A stretch of DNA of 64,000 nucleotides. It comes from Camelus dromedarius (taxonomy: Eukaryota). A program made the translations under genes and the position numbers. Shown in pieces: positions 1-64,000 of this stretch (the first letter of the stretch is position 1; each line of letters begins with the position of its first letter). The notes beneath the pieces were generated by a model. It was not told the DNA's origin. It worked only from the letters and a program-made list of their open reading frames with translations, and did not search any database. Where the stretch lies: NCBI RefSeq assembly GCF_036321535.1, contig NC_087447.1, forward strand, positions 35,900,001-35,964,000, written 5' to 3'.

Positions 1-254
1 TATCCCTCATTCCCCCAGGCTCCCTGAGGAGCATCACCATGCTGCAATGGACTCTGGACTGGGTGGGCCAGGGATCTCGGCCCTTACCCTCTCTCTGTCA
101 CTGGCTTGCAGTGAGCTTGGGCAGGTCACTCCTCACTCTGGGCCTCAGTTTTCTCATCTGCAAAATGAAAGGGCTGGATTGGAGGACTTTTAAGATCTTC
201 CCAGCTTGGAAATTCCACAGTAGAGCACACATGCAAGGGCTCTGGCTCTAGGCC

Positions 255-440
255 AGCCCAGCTCTGCCACTTAACAGCTATGTGACCTTGGATCAGTTAC
301 CAAACCTTTCTGAGCCTAGATTTCTTGTCTGTTAAATCGGGGGTGATGGCAGTACTTCCTTCATAAGGCTACTGTGAAGAATAAGTGAGATAAAAATATT
401 TAATGTGCTTATTTAACACAGTCCCTATAACTTCGTTAAA
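255..440 (+). mobile_element. MIR SINE remnant (approximate ends)
   Basis: ccagctctgccactt...tgtgaccttgg...tctgagcct...cataagg matches the MIR core. Confidence 0.8.
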
Positions 441-559
441 TTCAAGAAATAATTTTCCTATATTTCTTATTATTATTTATTGTAAAGGGAAATTTGGCTG
501 ACCACCTTGACTTACAAGATTATTGTTATTTTTGAACATGCCTATCGTAGATGATTTAA

Positions 560-62648
<62,089 letters not shown>

Positions 62649-62716
62649 CCTGCCCGCCCAAGTGCCCCACCCTGCCCCACCTCCCACCTGGACTTTCTAA
62701 CTGTAAATCACTTGTA

Positions 62717-62722
62717 AATAAA
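62717..62722 (+). terminator. ABCC8 polyadenylation signal AATAAA (3' UTR about 90 nt)
   Basis: AATAAA begins 69 nt after the stop codon in an AT-rich block; cleavage expected near 62740. Confidence 0.88.
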
Positions 62723-62880
62723 GAGATTGATTATTTCCTACCGGAGGCCATGGGTCTGGGGGGCAGGGACGTGGGCAGACAGTGGGTCCTGTGGAAGCAG
62801 CAGACCCCAGGAAGCTGTGTGAGTGTGGGCAAAAGTGTGTCTCCTCATCTTGAAACGAGGGCTGTCTAAGTCTGCAGGGT

Positions 62881-63246
62881 TGTATTAGTCTCCCGCAACA
62901 AAATACCGCAGACTGGGTGGCTTAACAAGCAGAATTTTTTTTCTCATGATTCTGGAGGCTGGAAGTCCAAGACCAAAGTGTGGCAGGTTTGGTTTCTCCT
63001 GAGGCCTCTCTCCTTGGTTCCAGACAGCCACCTTCTCGCTGCGTCCTCACATGGCGTTTCTTCTGCGTGCACGTCCCTGGTCTCTCTCCTTATTAGGGTA
63101 CCAGTCATATTAGATGAGGCTGCACTCCTATGACCTCATTTAACCTAATTACGTCTTCACTGGCCCTGTCTCCACTGTATAGTCACACTGGGGGGCGGGG
63201 GCTCCATCATATGAATTTGGCAGGGGAGGCAAGTCAGTCCTTAACA
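62881..63246. mobile_element. MaLR solo LTR (MLT1A/B-like) just 3' of ABCC8
   Basis: TGtattagt...actgggtggctta...tctggaggctggaagtccaaga...ttaaCA; flanks agggt/aggtt (4/5 match, putative TSD). Confidence 0.85.
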
Positions 63247-63329
63247 AGGTTATAGCATTTTTTGTGATTATCTCATCAGATTGAATACTTGGGTTAAAAT
63301 TGTGGGCCCCCAAGTACCCTGGATTAGCG

Positions 63330-63690
63330 CTATTTCCATTACAAATGACAGGAACCCAACTCAAAGTGACAAATAAAAACTGGAATTTGTTGTCCTGTGA
63401 CTGAGAAGGCCATGAGGTGTACTACTTCCAGGAGGTGCTGGATCCAGGTGTTTGTTTGGATTCCATCTTCCTCTCCATCCCCCATGACAGTTGGCCACTA
63501 GCACGTCCAGCTTACACCCTATGCTCTGAAAAAGAGATGCTCTTCCCCAGTAGTTCCAGCAAAAATCTTGAGAGCAAATCTCAATGGACCAACTTGGGTC
63601 ACATCCTCACCCTCACCCAATCACTGTGGTCAAAAGGCTGGAATACACTGGCAAAGCCTGAATTACATGTCCCCGTCTCCATCTCACACA
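63330..63690. mobile_element. Ancient MLT1-type LTR remnant
   Basis: cccagtagttccagcaaaa...gggtcacatcctcac...ccaatcactgtggtca. Confidence 0.7.
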
Positions 63691-64000
63691 TAGGGGCATT
63701 CAGGATGGCTGTTCAGAGGGAAAGCACAGTACATATACCACAAGTCAGCCAGGTAGTGACTGGGAGATGCTGGGGCCCAGACACTGTGGAAACTAAGATA
63801 ACCGCTGTCCCTCAGACTCCCATCAGAAAACAGGAGTGCACACCTGCTCTCAGCCAAGAAATAATGGGTGATCATTTACATATCATTTTATTATTGTTTA
63901 CATGTTGCCTTCAGTATTGGCTGTACCAGGTCCTGGGGTGTAGACCCAGGAGTCTTGGGCCTGTGCCCTCTTCTTCCCAATGTAAGGAAAACCATCAGTC

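Overview
This is mammalian genomic DNA, not prokaryotic. The window holds the 3' 36 exons (4-39 in human numbering) of ABCC8 (SUR1, the sulfonylurea receptor and KATP-channel regulatory subunit) on the + strand. All exon boundaries were read by hand. They join into an intact 4337-nt reading frame from 786 to the TGA at 62646-62648, with AATAAA at 62717-62722. Exons 1-3 lie upstream of the window. KCNJ11, normally a few kb downstream, is not reached. Introns carry MIR, L2, L1, MaLR/ERVL and hAT remnants plus microsatellites. Two young L1 3' ends resemble camelid L1s from memory, so the species is tentatively a camel or alpaca. Nearly all ORFs in the six-frame track are exon read-throughs, antisense shadows or noise. 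I found no evidence of a new multi-gene system. The best leads are: a GC-AG intron; NAGNAG acceptors, one apparently created by an Arg->Gln change; an atypical exon 15 acceptor; a near-perfect RFX X-box; paired CTCF-like 15-mers; a complex 198-bp duplication; a 42-bp repeat bracketing exons 20-21; and a poly(A)-tailed LTR-like insert in intron 10. Comparisons with human are from memory and need an alignment.
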